64,000 bases of DNA from Longimicrobiales bacterium (lineage in GTDB: Bacteria; Gemmatimonadota; Gemmatimonadetes; Longimicrobiales; Gaopeijiaceae). The position numbers and the translations under genes are program-made. Below, piece by piece: positions 17,317 through 27,264 of the stretch (positions within the stretch are counted from its first letter, which is position 1; each line of letters opens with the position of its first letter). The notes below the pieces were generated by a model, which was not told the origin of the DNA, did no database searches, and saw only the letters and a program-made list of their open reading frames with translations. The stretch spans positions 2,912,001-2,976,000 of the forward strand of contig OZ250165.1 of NCBI GenBank assembly GCA_965238005.1. Direction: 5' to 3'.

Positions 17317-18672
17317 CTACGCGAGGCCGTAGTCCTGGATCTTGTAACGCAGCGCCCGGGGCGAGAGCTCGAGGAGCGCCGCCGCCTTCGAGCGATTGCC
17401 GCCTGTTCGTTCGAGGGCGCGCTTGATGAGCTGCGCCTCGAGCTCGGCGCATCGGCGCTTCACCGAGAGATCATCTGAAGCGTAGCCGGGCTCAATGACG
17501 ACGTCCGCAGCACGGAGACGACCAGAAAGGCTGTCCTCGTCGAGCGTGTCGCCTTCGGCGAGCACGACTGCCTGCTCCAGCACGTTCTCCAACTCGCGGA
17601 TATTCCCGGGCCAAGGATATGCCAGAAGCGCCTTCATCGCCCCGGGCGTTACGGACCCCACCTTGAGGTTCAAGCGCTCCCGGAGGCGCCCGAGGAGGTG
17701 ATGGGTGAGGTCGGGAATCGCCTCCGTTCGCTCCCGCAGGGGGGGCAAGTGGATCGGGATCACGGCAAGCCGATAGTACAGGTCCTGGCGAAAATCTCCG
17801 GCGTGGACGGCGGACTCCAGGTCCCGGTTGGTCGCGGCCACGATCCGCACGCTCACGATCGTGGTTTCCGTGCCTCCCAACCGCCTGACCTCTCCGTCCT
17901 GAAGGACACGCAGGAGCTTCACCTGCAGCGACGTGGGAAGCTCCCCCACTTCGTCCAGGAACAGGGTGCCGCTTTCCGCGGCCTCGAAGAGGCCGGCCTT
18001 GTCACTGTCGGCTCCGGTGAAGGCGCCACGCACGTAACCGAAGAACTCGGACTCGAGGAGTGTCTCGGGGATCGCGCCACAATTCACGGGGACGAAGGGC
18101 CGGTCGGCCCGATCGCTCTCACGGTGGATGTGGCGCGCCATGAGCTCCTTCCCGGTCCCCGACTCACCGGTCAACAGCACCGAGGACTGATGCCGTGCCA
18201 CCTTTCCTGCCACCTCGAGCGCCCGAATCATGCCGGGGGATCGAGCGATGATGTCGCCGATGCGGCGCTCCGCCCGGACCTCGGCCCTGAGTCGTCCCAC
18301 CTCAGCCCGAAGACGCTCTCGCTCCTCAGCCTTTCGGATCGTGAGAAGGACCTCGTCAGCGCCGAACGGCTTGGGGATGTAGTCGTAGGCCCCCGCGACC
18401 ATGGCCTTCACGGCCAGATCGACGCTGCCGTACGCGGTCATCATGATGACGAGCGCACCGCCTTCCTCCTGCTGATACCGCTCGAGGAACTCGAGCCCGT
18501 CCATCTGAGGCATGCGTACGTCGCACAGGATCAGATCGGGCTCTTCGTTCTTGGCGACGGCGAGCCCGTCGGCACCGTTCGAGGCCACCACTACGCCGTG
18601 TCCGCCCTCGTCCAAGATCAGCGAGAGTGAACGCCGGAGTCCCTGATCGTCATCGATGACGAGGATCTTCAC
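17317..18672 (-). CDS. Sigma54-dependent response regulator (REC-AAA+-HTH)
   Basis: [50 protein letters not shown]. Confidence 0.95.
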   Translation of the reverse strand: MKILVIDDDQGLRRSLSLILDEGGHGVVVASNGADGLAVAKNEEPDLILCDVRMPQMDGLEFLERYQQEEGGALVIMMTAYGSVDLAVKAMVAGAYDYIPKPFGADEVLLTIRKAEERERLRAEVGRLRAEVRAERRIGDIIARSPGMIRALEVAGKVARHQSSVLLTGESGTGKELMARHIHRESDRADRPFVPVNCGAIPETLLESEFFGYVRGAFTGADSDKAGLFEAAESGTLFLDEVGELPTSLQVKLLRVLQDGEVRRLGGTETTIVSVRIVAATNRDLESAVHAGDFRQDLYYRLAVIPIHLPPLRERTEAIPDLTHHLLGRLRERLNLKVGSVTPGAMKALLAYPWPGNIRELENVLEQAVVLAEGDTLDEDSLSGRLRAADVVIEPGYASDDLSVKRRCAELEAQLIKRALERTGGNRSKAAALLELSPRALRYKIQDYGLA

Positions 18673-19964
18673 TCAACCTCCTGAATGTCCGCTGAATCGG
18701 AGTATTCGCTGCCCCCCAAAGTTACGCCAGCCGCGGGGGCCTCCGGAAGCCGAACCACGAAGCGGGCTCCCTCACCGGGCCTGTTCTCAACCTCGATCCT
18801 CCCACCCATCCCCGCCACCAGGCGCGCCGAGATGAAAAGACCGAGGCCGGTGCCTTTGCCCGGCTCCTTGGTAGTGTAGAACGGGTCGAAGACGTTGGCC
18901 ACGTCCGACTCGGGGAGTCCTGGTCCATTGTCCGACACGGCGATCACCACCACCCGCCGGGCGGTCTCCAGTGTCCCCAGCGCCTCCCCTTCCGAGTCCA
19001 GAGCCACCCTCCGCCGGTGCATGTAGTTGATGCCAGGGGGATCACCCTCACGGCGGCGGGGAAAGTGGGCCGCGGGGCCGTCTTCCGTCCACACCGCCAC
19101 CTCGATGGCCGGATCGTCGTGCCCTTCCAGCGCATCCAGTGAGTTCAGGAGAAGATTCACGAGCACCTGTTCCAGATCCTGATGTGCGATGAGCACCGGC
19201 GGGCACTTCTTATCGAGGCTCCAGCGGTCTTCGACCTTGGCGAGGTGGCCCTGATTCGTCAGGAGCTCCCTCACACTGTCCACGATCTCTATTACCTTGA
19301 TCGGGGCGACCTCGTCCGGCTTGGGTCGAGCGAAGTCCAGAAGCCCTCTCACGATTCCGTCGATGCGCTGGGCCTCCGACCGGATGGACAGGACAAGCTC
19401 CGGATCCTCGCCCGCGGCCTCGAGCCGTCGGACGGCCACATCCACGTACACGAAGATCGCCGCCAGCGGGTTTCCCACCTCATGGGCGATTCCGGCCGCG
19501 AGCGTCCCCACGGACGCGAGCCGCGCGGCCTGAATCACCTCGTTCCTCGCGTCCACGAGTTGGCGGTTGGTGTCGTCGAGCGACTCTACGTTGTCGGCCA
19601 GGGCCCGCTGGTCGGCGATGAGCCGGTCGGCCATGACGTTCACACCCTCTGCGATGCCCCTGAGCTCGAGCCCGCTGGGAAGCTCGAGTCGATGCCGGTA
19701 GTCCCCGTCCGTTATCCGCTTGACCCCCAGAACCAACGCCTGGACGGGCTCTAGGAGTCCCTTCTTGAGCATCCAACCGCCGAATGTGAGAAGGATCAAG
19801 AGGTCGACGACCACGATGACGAAGATGAAGACGGTGGCTTCGCCGGGGGACCGCATGAGAGGCAGCACCACACTGAGGGAGACACCCAACAGCAGGGTAA
19901 CGCCCCCGAAGAGAATCCCCAGGGAGGCGAGCAGCTCGCGGCGGAGGGGTGTAGGGGAACCCAT
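18669..19964 (-). CDS. HAMP-domain sensor histidine kinase
   Basis: Two TM helices, HAMP, AHEVGNPL, NLLLN, DNGPG, FDPFYTTK, GTGLGL. Start uncertain (19964 or 20024). Confidence 0.92.
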   Translation of the reverse strand: MGSPTPLRRELLASLGILFGGVTLLLGVSLSVVLPLMRSPGEATVFIFVIVVVDLLILLTFGGWMLKKGLLEPVQALVLGVKRITDGDYRHRLELPSGLELRGIAEGVNVMADRLIADQRALADNVESLDDTNRQLVDARNEVIQAARLASVGTLAAGIAHEVGNPLAAIFVYVDVAVRRLEAAGEDPELVLSIRSEAQRIDGIVRGLLDFARPKPDEVAPIKVIEIVDSVRELLTNQGHLAKVEDRWSLDKKCPPVLIAHQDLEQVLVNLLLNSLDALEGHDDPAIEVAVWTEDGPAAHFPRRREGDPPGINYMHRRRVALDSEGEALGTLETARRVVVIAVSDNGPGLPESDVANVFDPFYTTKEPGKGTGLGLFISARLVAGMGGRIEVENRPGEGARFVVRLPEAPAAGVTLGGSEYSDSADIQEVE

Positions 19965-20078
19965 GGGCGTCGGGCCGGTGCAGAACGTGAGAGGCGCCGA
20001 AGACGGATGCTCCGGCGCTTTCAATGGACGCGGCTAAAGTGTGGAACAGCTGGACTCGCTGCAACAGCGAGAATCGCG

Positions 20079-20465
20079 CTATGGCGTACAACCCACGACG
20101 CCGACCGCGGTGGCAGGAGTTCCGTTCGCCGGCGTTGCGTTCCCGTGGTAGACACCGCACTGACCGCTCACTAGGCCGGAATGGACGGCCGTGGCGGCCC
20201 AGCCACCGCCGGAGGCTTCGTTGATGGAGAGTGTTAGGCCCTTGCTGGTCACGACCCCGAGAGCCGTGGGAGAGTTGCTGAAGGAATAGTTGCTGTTGTG
20301 GTAGATCTCTTGCTGAGTCGCCAGGTTCTTGAGGTCCGCCTTCATGGTGGCCAAGAAGGCCTTTTCACGCGTCGCCGAGAACTTGGGAATGGCGATGGTG
20401 GCCAGGATCCCGATGATCACGACGACGATGAGGAGCTCGATCAGCGTGAAGCCTCTCGTCCGCAT
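20079..20465 (-). CDS. Type IVa pilin, second paralogue
   Basis: MRTRG|FTLIELLIVVVIIGILATIAIPKF; C-terminal Cys pair; GGAG RBS. Confidence 0.92.
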   Translation of the reverse strand: MRTRGFTLIELLIVVVIIGILATIAIPKFSATREKAFLATMKADLKNLATQQEIYHNSNYSFSNSPTALGVVTSKGLTLSINEASGGGWAATAVHSGLVSGQCGVYHGNATPANGTPATAVGVVGCTP

Positions 20466-20506
20466 TGTCCGTCTCCTGTCGTCTGTGTGATCAGGGCTCG
20501 ACCGAC

Positions 20507-20545
20507 AGAGAGCGTGGCCCGGGAAACGCCCGAACCACGCTCTCT
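20507..20545 (-). terminator. Stable hairpin between the two pilin genes
   Basis: 11-bp outer stem AGAGAGCGTGG/CCACGCTCTCT with inner CGGG/CCCG stem. Confidence 0.55.
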
Positions 20546-20583
20546 CTGGGCGCAAAGCTGCGTCCTAAGGTTAGCGGCCGGAG

Positions 20584-20982
20584 TTAATCCGTGCAGGCCA
20601 TCTCACCTTGGCTAGCCGGTGTTGCGGTACCCACGGTGGGTGCCGAACCGCCGTCGCCGTAGTAGATCGCGCAGCCCTCGGTCCCGGCGAGCGCAGCGTG
20701 CACTGCGGAGGCCGACCAACCATTGGTCGCAGCGGCCATCACGACCGTGACACCGTCGGATGAGACGAAGCCGAGAGACAACACAGTGGTCGTGTACTCG
20801 TACGTGTCGGAGTAGTAGATCTCCTGCTGACTGGCCAGGTTCTTCAGGTCGGACTTCATGGCCGCGAAGTAAGCCTTCTCACGCGTCGCCGAGAACTTCG
20901 GAATGGCGATGGCCGCCAGGATTCCGATGATCACGACCACGATGAGGAGCTCGATGAGGGTGAAACCCTTGTTGTCCCGCAT
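20584..20982 (-). CDS. pilA: Major type IVa pilin
   Basis: MRDNKG|FTLIELLIVVVIIGILAAIAIPKFSATREKAY; AGGAG RBS; candidate sigma54 promoter upstream; C-terminal Cys pair. Confidence 0.9.
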   Translation of the reverse strand: MRDNKGFTLIELLIVVVIIGILAAIAIPKFSATREKAYFAAMKSDLKNLASQQEIYYSDTYEYTTTVLSLGFVSSDGVTVVMAAATNGWSASAVHAALAGTEGCAIYYGDGGSAPTVGTATPASQGEMACTD

Positions 20983-21042
20983 CTCAGACTCTCCTGCTGA
21001 TGGGTGGCACTAGCTATGGACGTTCAGAGGATGCTCTCTAAG

Positions 21043-21058
21043 TGCAAACCCGGGTCCA
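21043..21058 (-). promoter_or_regulatory. Putative sigma54 promoter of pilA
   Basis: Minus strand TGGACCCGGGTTTGCA (GG-N10-GC with TTGC), 60 nt upstream of the pilA start. Confidence 0.7.
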
Positions 21059-21147
21059 AAACGGGGGCACGACACATATTTGCATACCAGACAAGGTTTT
21101 ACAAGCCTTTTCTTTCCCTCGCTTGACCGGCCTGATCGGCCTCCGAT

Positions 21148-23034
21148 TCAGGGATTCTGCAAACCAGTTGCATTTTCAGTGTCCGTCAGAGTCGCCCGAA
21201 TACTGTCAATTTGGCTGATACTGACGGGGTTCACAGTCTTGGCCCGGGCGGTGTCCAGGGCCGTGAGGGCCCGGGCCGTATCGCCTGAGTACGCGTACGC
21301 CTGGCCCAGCCAGAGCCACTGCTGCCATTGATGGCCCTCGCCGGCTTCGATGGTCATGAGGCGGGCCGTCACCGACTCGTCCCATCGGCCCTCGGCGGCC
21401 AGGGACTGGGCGAGGAGGTGGTTGGACACCGCGTCACTGCCACCGTAGGCGGTCGATGCGGCTCCAGCCGCCTCGATGGCGGCCTCGAAGTCCCCCTCGC
21501 GATGATAGATGACAGCCAAAGCCTGGGGGGCAGGACCCATCTCGGGGAAGTCCGACCAGGCCCGCTCGAACAGGGCCTTCGCCGCCTCAGTCTTTCCGCT
21601 GATCTGGAGTTTCCGCCCCACTTCCACCAGAAGGGGGTAGCTCCCGTCCAGCAGGCTGATGGCGATACGGTACGCCTTGAACGAAGCGCTACGGTCGATG
21701 GGGTACTGGACGTCCCCCAAGAGCCACTGGGCCCGCCCGGCCTCCGGGTGCTCCCTGAGCAGAGTGTCGAACACGCTGACGTTGTTCCTCCACGTGGCGT
21801 TCCGGACGAAGGTCCGCACCGACATGAGGGACAGTATGACTACCAAGGCACCCACCGCGAAGCGCCGACGCCCGTCGTGGAGCTCGAGCCCCATCCATGC
21901 CAACGCCGCTACGAACCCCACCGACGGCAGATAGAACGTCCGCTCCGCCAGCAGCACCCCGGACAGGAACAGGACGTTGGAGATGGGGGACAGGGTGATG
22001 ACCACCCACATGACCCCGAACGACAAGACACGACTGACACGTACGTCCGGACCCATCTCGCCGCGCCCCCAAAGCCGGAGCGCCAAGCCCAGCGTCGTCA
22101 GCACCAGAGCGACCCCCAGAAGGCCGCTGGCGCTCCACCCCAGGGCGATGGGGATCACGGCCGGTGAATAGTCGACGCTCAGGTCCAGGGGGAAGAACAT
22201 GAGGCGGAAGTAGTGGGGCCAGGTCGAAGCCACGGTCCAGATCCGGGGAACCGACTCGGCCAGCAGATCTGCGCCGAGAGGGGCCAGGGGATCGGCAATG
22301 CTGCCCAAAACGGCCTGACGGCCGGCCAGGACGGCCCCGGCCACGACCACCAGGCTTCCGTAGATCGCCCACCGGCGACGCAGATAGGCGAGGGCACTCC
22401 CAACGCTCGAGTTCTCGCGCGCGCCGTCCAGCAGGAACAGCACCCCGGGCAACGTGACCGCGCTCTCCTTGGTCAGAAATGCCATCGCGAAGAGCACCAC
22501 GATGGCTGCGCCCGGCAGGAAGCCGAGGTCGTCCCTCCGGCGCGTGAAGATGAGGCACGCGCCCAGATAGAGCACCGAAGAGAGCACCTCGGCCAACCCC
22601 ACCACATTGGCCACCGCCTCGACGTGTACCGGATGGACGGCAAACAAGAGCCCCGCCGCGAACGCGAGAGCCAGCGGAGCGAGCTCGGCGAGTAGGAGCA
22701 CTACCAGAGCCGTGACGGTTCCGTGGAGCAGCACGTTCAACGCATGGAACGCCGCAGGGTTTTCACCCCAAAGTGCCCACTGGAGACCGAAGAGCCCGGT
22801 GGTTGCGGGTCGCCACAATCCCAGATCCCGTCCGAACTCGCCCGGCCAGTAGGGCGAGACCATGGCCTCTGGGAGCGTGCTCAGATCCTGGACCAGCTCG
22901 CTGTCGATGATGATGAGCCGATCGTCGTAGGCGAAGTCGTTCAGGACGCTGTTCGCCGAGAGGAGTACGGCGGCGGCCGCCGAGAGGAACGCGGCCGATC
23001 GAACGGAGCGGAAGGGGGAGCGCCACACCTGCAT
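21148..23034 (-). CDS. TMTC-like GT-C glycosyltransferase (DUF1736 + TPR), copy B
   Basis: NDFAYDD, LWRP, FHALNVLLH, LLFAVHPVHVEAVANVVG, TKES, FFPLDLSVDY, LAERTFYLPSVG, RNATW, then TPRs. Confidence 0.85.
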   Translation of the reverse strand: MQVWRSPFRSVRSAAFLSAAAAVLLSANSVLNDFAYDDRLIIIDSELVQDLSTLPEAMVSPYWPGEFGRDLGLWRPATTGLFGLQWALWGENPAAFHALNVLLHGTVTALVVLLLAELAPLALAFAAGLLFAVHPVHVEAVANVVGLAEVLSSVLYLGACLIFTRRRDDLGFLPGAAIVVLFAMAFLTKESAVTLPGVLFLLDGARENSSVGSALAYLRRRWAIYGSLVVVAGAVLAGRQAVLGSIADPLAPLGADLLAESVPRIWTVASTWPHYFRLMFFPLDLSVDYSPAVIPIALGWSASGLLGVALVLTTLGLALRLWGRGEMGPDVRVSRVLSFGVMWVVITLSPISNVLFLSGVLLAERTFYLPSVGFVAALAWMGLELHDGRRRFAVGALVVILSLMSVRTFVRNATWRNNVSVFDTLLREHPEAGRAQWLLGDVQYPIDRSASFKAYRIAISLLDGSYPLLVEVGRKLQISGKTEAAKALFERAWSDFPEMGPAPQALAVIYHREGDFEAAIEAAGAASTAYGGSDAVSNHLLAQSLAAEGRWDESVTARLMTIEAGEGHQWQQWLWLGQAYAYSGDTARALTALDTARAKTVNPVSISQIDSIRATLTDTENATGLQNP

Positions 23035-24860
23035 CAGCGGGGGTCCCCTACGGGCGACGCCGGCTCCCGAGGCGGATCGGCCGCGCCGGCCTCCAGGCTG
23101 TGAGCCCGCTCCGCCGCCGCCGCGGCCTCCTCCGTGCGGCCCGCCAGCTCCATGAGCTGCGCCATGCGCCTCCACGCCTCCACAGTGGGCGGAGCCGCCC
23201 CGAACGCTGCCCAGCGCGCTCGGACGGCCGCCTCGAAATCACCCTTGGCCACGTAGCTCTCGGAGACGAGGGTCCACAGATCCCGGTTCGATCCGACCAC
23301 GGCCAGGCCCTGGAGGGCGATCCCGTGGCCCTCCCGGCCCAGACCCTGGAGGAGCTTGTGCTCCGAGAGGACCTGCCAGGCCACCGGCTGGGTGGGAAGC
23401 AGATCGATGGCGCGGGTGAGCAGCTGCTCGGCGTCCCCCCATCGGTCGTGGCGCCCATGGAAGCGCGCCGCCTCGATGAGGAGGTTGTACTCACCGGGGA
23501 CGAGCTCCACCGCCACCTCGTAGTGGCGCGACGCCTCCTCGACTTCTCCGACCTCGTCCAGACCACGGGCTCTCGTTCGTATGGCCAGGAAGGACTCGGG
23601 GTGCTCTTCGGTGAGCGTGCTCAACATGGCGTAGGTGCTCATCCACGAAGGGTTCCTCAGGACCGTGCGTCCCATGAAGGCGGTGCCGACCACGCTCACG
23701 GCGATCAGCAACATGCGAAGCGACCGTGGCCTCTCCCGGGCCGTCCACCTCACCACGCCAGCCACCATGAAGGCGAATCCCACGGAGGGGAGGTACAGTG
23801 TCCGCTCCGCCAGGAGGATCCCGGTAGGGACGAGGAGGTTGGTGACGGGAAGGATGGTCACCGCGAACCAGCACAGCCCCAACGTGACGAGCGGCTCCCT
23901 CGACCACAGCCACACGGCCGTGGCCACCCCGCCCGTGATCATGACGATCCCCAGCACGACGTCCGGTCCCCAGCTCCTTGCCGGGAAGAGGACAGCCGGC
24001 CCGTAGTCTGCAGCGAGATCGAGGGGAAAGAAGAGGAGCCTGAAGTAGTGTGGCCAGACGGACAGGGACGTGAGGATTCTTTCCCCGGGCGAGAGGCCTG
24101 TCAGGTACGCCGCAGGATACTCTCCGGCGATGGATCCGAGCACCAGCGACCTGGAGCCCAGGAACGCCGCAAGCAGTGCTCCGGTCAGCAGGAAGATGGG
24201 GACGTCTGACAGCACGCGCGTAAGGGGGGGACCCTCGTCATCCTCCCGCAACACGGCGAGGAGTACGAGAACGGCGGGCAGGGTGGCTGCCATCTCCTTC
24301 GAGCCGAGGCCCAACGCGAAGGGGACCCCCACGGCAAGGAGCCGGCCGATCCGGGCGAGAGGCGACGCGTTTTCGTTGTGTGTGAACACCAGGCACGCCC
24401 CGATCACGAAGAGGGCGGCGTAGAGCTCGGCCCGGCCCACCACGTTGGCCACGGCCTCCGTGTGGACGGGGTGGAGCGCGAACAACATTCCACCGACGAG
24501 AGCGGGAAGAGGCGCCGACAGCACCAGGAGGAGAAGAAAGACCAGGACCGAGACCGCGGCGTGGGCCGCCACGTTGACCGCATGGAAGCCCGCCGGGTGA
24601 CCATTCCAGAGCGTCCACTCGGTCGCGTAGCTGGCCGAGGTGACCGGCCGGTAGAGCCCGATTCCGTCCACTATGTCGGGCCAATAGGGGGAGGTCAGGG
24701 CGTCTCTGACCCGCCCCTCCGTGATAACCGTATTGCCGCGGATGACCGTGTTGTCATCGTATGCGAAGCCGTTGGACAGCGAGTTTCCGTAGGCGGCCAC
24801 AGCCGCGATGAGAACCAGGATCGCCGCCCTCTTCGGCGGGATGCTTCCGGTCCGGTTCAC
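23034..24860 (-). CDS. TMTC-like GT-C glycosyltransferase (DUF1736 + TPR), copy A
   Basis: NGFAYDD, LYRP, FHAVNV, LFALHPVHTEAVANVVGRAE, SKE, FFPLDLAADY, LAERTLYLPSVG, RNPSW, then TPRs. Confidence 0.85.
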   Translation of the reverse strand: MNRTGSIPPKRAAILVLIAAVAAYGNSLSNGFAYDDNTVIRGNTVITEGRVRDALTSPYWPDIVDGIGLYRPVTSASYATEWTLWNGHPAGFHAVNVAAHAAVSVLVFLLLLVLSAPLPALVGGMLFALHPVHTEAVANVVGRAELYAALFVIGACLVFTHNENASPLARIGRLLAVGVPFALGLGSKEMAATLPAVLVLLAVLREDDEGPPLTRVLSDVPIFLLTGALLAAFLGSRSLVLGSIAGEYPAAYLTGLSPGERILTSLSVWPHYFRLLFFPLDLAADYGPAVLFPARSWGPDVVLGIVMITGGVATAVWLWSREPLVTLGLCWFAVTILPVTNLLVPTGILLAERTLYLPSVGFAFMVAGVVRWTARERPRSLRMLLIAVSVVGTAFMGRTVLRNPSWMSTYAMLSTLTEEHPESFLAIRTRARGLDEVGEVEEASRHYEVAVELVPGEYNLLIEAARFHGRHDRWGDAEQLLTRAIDLLPTQPVAWQVLSEHKLLQGLGREGHGIALQGLAVVGSNRDLWTLVSESYVAKGDFEAAVRARWAAFGAAPPTVEAWRRMAQLMELAGRTEEAAAAAERAHSLEAGAADPPREPASPVGDPR

Positions 24861-24878
24861 GGAGACGCGGAACCCCTC

Positions 24879-25814
24879 TCAGCCCTGATCGGGGGCCCGG
24901 GACTCATGCCCAGCGGGTGCATCATTTCGGCCGGTGAGGGCATCGGCCTCGGCGGCCGAGGAGGTGTCTTGACGGGCTCCCGGTACCAGCGCCGGGCGCC
25001 TCGCTTCCGTCAGGGCCCTGCCCTCCCAGGGTTGGACCTTGGGCGGCTGCCAGGACTCCACTCCGGGTCTCAGGAGATTGGAGCGCAGGATGTAGTAGAG
25101 GGCGGCCACGCCGTCCTTCCAGTTGATCTTCTTCCCCTCGGCGTACGACCGGCCGTCATAGCTGATGGGCATCTCGTGGATCCTCGCCTGGGCCTGGGCG
25201 AGACGGGCCGTCACCTCGGGCTCGAATCCGAAGCGGTTGGCACTCAGGGGCAGGCGCTTCAGCAGATCCGCGTGCACGACCTTGTAGCACGTCTCCATGT
25301 CCGTGAGGTTGAGGTCGGTGAACATGTTGCTGAGCAGGGTCAGGAAGCGATTCCCCATCATGTGCCAGAAGAAGAGCACCCGATGGGGTCCGCCCAGGAA
25401 GCGTGAGCCGTACACGGCGTCGGCCTTCCCTGCCAGGATCGGCTCCATGAGCAAGGGGAGCTCATGAGGGTCGTACTCCAGGTCCGCGTCCTGGATTGCG
25501 ATGATGTCGCCCGTGGCCCGCTCGAATCCGGCCCTCAACGCCGCGCCCTTCCCCTGGTTCACCTCCTGGAATACCAGGATGTCGATGAGACCCGCTGCCT
25601 TCAGCTCCTGGAGTAGATCGCGGGTACCGTCGGTGGATCCGTCGTCGACCACGATGACTTCGAGCTCCAGGCGCACCTCGCGAACACGCCGAAGCAGCTT
25701 CTCTACCGTGTTGATCTCGTTGTACGCGGGAATGACGACCGAAAGCTTCACGCGTTCCCAGGCGAGGTCATCGTGCCTCTTCTGGTCGATCTCGCGGAAT
25801 CGGAGCATGCTCAT
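24879..25814 (-). CDS. GT2 glycosyltransferase, DPM1 / polyprenol-phosphate sugar synthase-like
   Basis: [66 protein letters not shown]. Confidence 0.9.
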   Translation of the reverse strand: MSMLRFREIDQKRHDDLAWERVKLSVVIPAYNEINTVEKLLRRVREVRLELEVIVVDDGSTDGTRDLLQELKAAGLIDILVFQEVNQGKGAALRAGFERATGDIIAIQDADLEYDPHELPLLMEPILAGKADAVYGSRFLGGPHRVLFFWHMMGNRFLTLLSNMFTDLNLTDMETCYKVVHADLLKRLPLSANRFGFEPEVTARLAQAQARIHEMPISYDGRSYAEGKKINWKDGVAALYYILRSNLLRPGVESWQPPKVQPWEGRALTEARRPALVPGARQDTSSAAEADALTGRNDAPAGHESRAPDQG

Positions 25815-25902
25815 GCCGATTGAGTCCTTGGTGGTTGCGTGCCCCTGCGAGGCACCAGGGTGCGTGTGCGACGGGCCGCCTTCAGGTGGCGGCCCTCCGA
25901 CG

Positions 25903-27264
25903 TCAGACGTCGATTCCGTATCGGTTCAGCTTGCGATACAGGGTCGAGGGGTCGATGCCCAGGACTTCCGCCGCTCTCGTCTTGTTGCCGCCCTCGGCCA
26001 CCAGCACCCAGTGGATGTAGGCCCGCTCGATGACCTCCATGGACGGATTGGGGGGCAATTGATCACTCACCAGGGGTGGAGCGTGCTCCATCCGAACCCG
26101 CTCCGGCAGGTGAGAGGGCCCAATGGGTGCGCCCGCAGCCACCACGGCCGCCCGCTCCAGCGCGTTCTCCAGCTCCCGGACGTTTCCCGGCCAGTCGTAT
26201 GCGCACAAGACCTCCAAGGCATCCTCCCCCAAGCTCTTGTCCCCGTCTTCGCCCACCAACCTACCCAGGAAGTGGTGGGCGAGGAGAGGAATGTCTTCTC
26301 GCCGCTCACGCAGCGGAGGGAGGTGAAGGGCGATGACGTTCAGCCGGTAGTAGAGGTCACTCCGGAACGTCCCTCTACGGATCTCCTCGTTGAGATCCCG
26401 GTTCGTTGCTGCCATGATCCTGACGTCGATGGAGACCGCCTCCGTAGATCCCACCGGGATGACCTCGCGCTCCTGGAGGGCGCGCAGCAGCCTCACCTGG
26501 GTCGCCGGGGACATCTCGCCGATCTCGTCCAGGAAGAGGGTGCCGCCGGCGGCGGCCTCCAAGAGCCCCATCTTGTCCTTCACGGCCCCTGTGAACGAAC
26601 CTTTGGTGTGCCCGAAGAGCTCGCTCTCCAGGAGACCCTCGGGAAGGGCTCCACAGTTCAGCGAGAAAAAGGACGCGTCCGCCCTCTCGCTCAGACTGTG
26701 CATGTAGCGGGCGATCACCTCCTTGCCCGAGCCACTCTCACCGCTGATGAGGACGGTGGACTGGGTCGGCGCCACGGTCTCTCCGAGCTTCAGCACCTCC
26801 ACGAACGTACGGCTCTTCCCGATCGGCCTGCTGCTGGGCGCCGTCGACCGCCTTCGGATCTCCTTCTTGAGGGCCTTGTTCTCGACACGCAGCTGTCTGG
26901 ACTCTGCGGCACGCCGACAGATGGCAAGTAGCTCGTCGTTGGCGAACGGCTTCTGCAGGTAGTAGTAGGCCCCCTCGTTTACGGCTCGGACGGCGGATTG
27001 GAGGGACGCCTGAGCCGTCATCAGGATGACCGCCATCTCCGGATCGACCTCGTGGGCCTTGGCCATGACCTCTAGGCCCGAGGTCCCGGGCATGCGAATG
27101 TCGGTGAGCACGATATCGGGCGTCTGCTCGGGCAGAGCCTCCAGGGCCTCACGCCCGCTCAGGGACGACACCACGTCGTAGCCCTCGCCGCTGAAGAGAA
27201 TGCGCAGCGTGTCGAGGATGCCGGTCTCGTCGTCGACCAGCAGAATCTTGGTGGCCCTGCTCAT
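25903..27264 (-). CDS. pilR: Sigma54-dependent response regulator, PilR-like
   Basis: REC domain, [36 protein letters not shown]; directly downstream of the PilS-like kinase. Confidence 0.8.
   Translation of the reverse strand: MSRATKILLVDDETGILDTLRILFSGEGYDVVSSLSGREALEALPEQTPDIVLTDIRMPGTSGLEVMAKAHEVDPEMAVILMTAQASLQSAVRAVNEGAYYYLQKPFANDELLAICRRAAESRQLRVENKALKKEIRRRSTAPSSRPIGKSRTFVEVLKLGETVAPTQSTVLISGESGSGKEVIARYMHSLSERADASFFSLNCGALPEGLLESELFGHTKGSFTGAVKDKMGLLEAAAGGTLFLDEIGEMSPATQVRLLRALQEREVIPVGSTEAVSIDVRIMAATNRDLNEEIRRGTFRSDLYYRLNVIALHLPPLRERREDIPLLAHHFLGRLVGEDGDKSLGEDALEVLCAYDWPGNVRELENALERAAVVAAGAPIGPSHLPERVRMEHAPPLVSDQLPPNPSMEVIERAYIHWVLVAEGGNKTRAAEVLGIDPSTLYRKLNRYGIDV

Noticed and set aside
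20500..20583. c-di-GMP-I (GEMM) riboswitch-like words (GAAA, GCGCAAAGC, CCTAAGG) between the pilins
   Set aside because: They lie on the strand opposite the pilin genes and the pairing does not fit; simple hairpins explain the region.
20584..20982. Electrically conductive pilin, given Geobacter-like N-terminus and aromatics at 1, 24, 32, 33, 50, 51, 55, 57
   Set aside because: Position 27 is Thr, the pilin is full length, no cytochrome genes are nearby, and the e-pilus criteria are contested.
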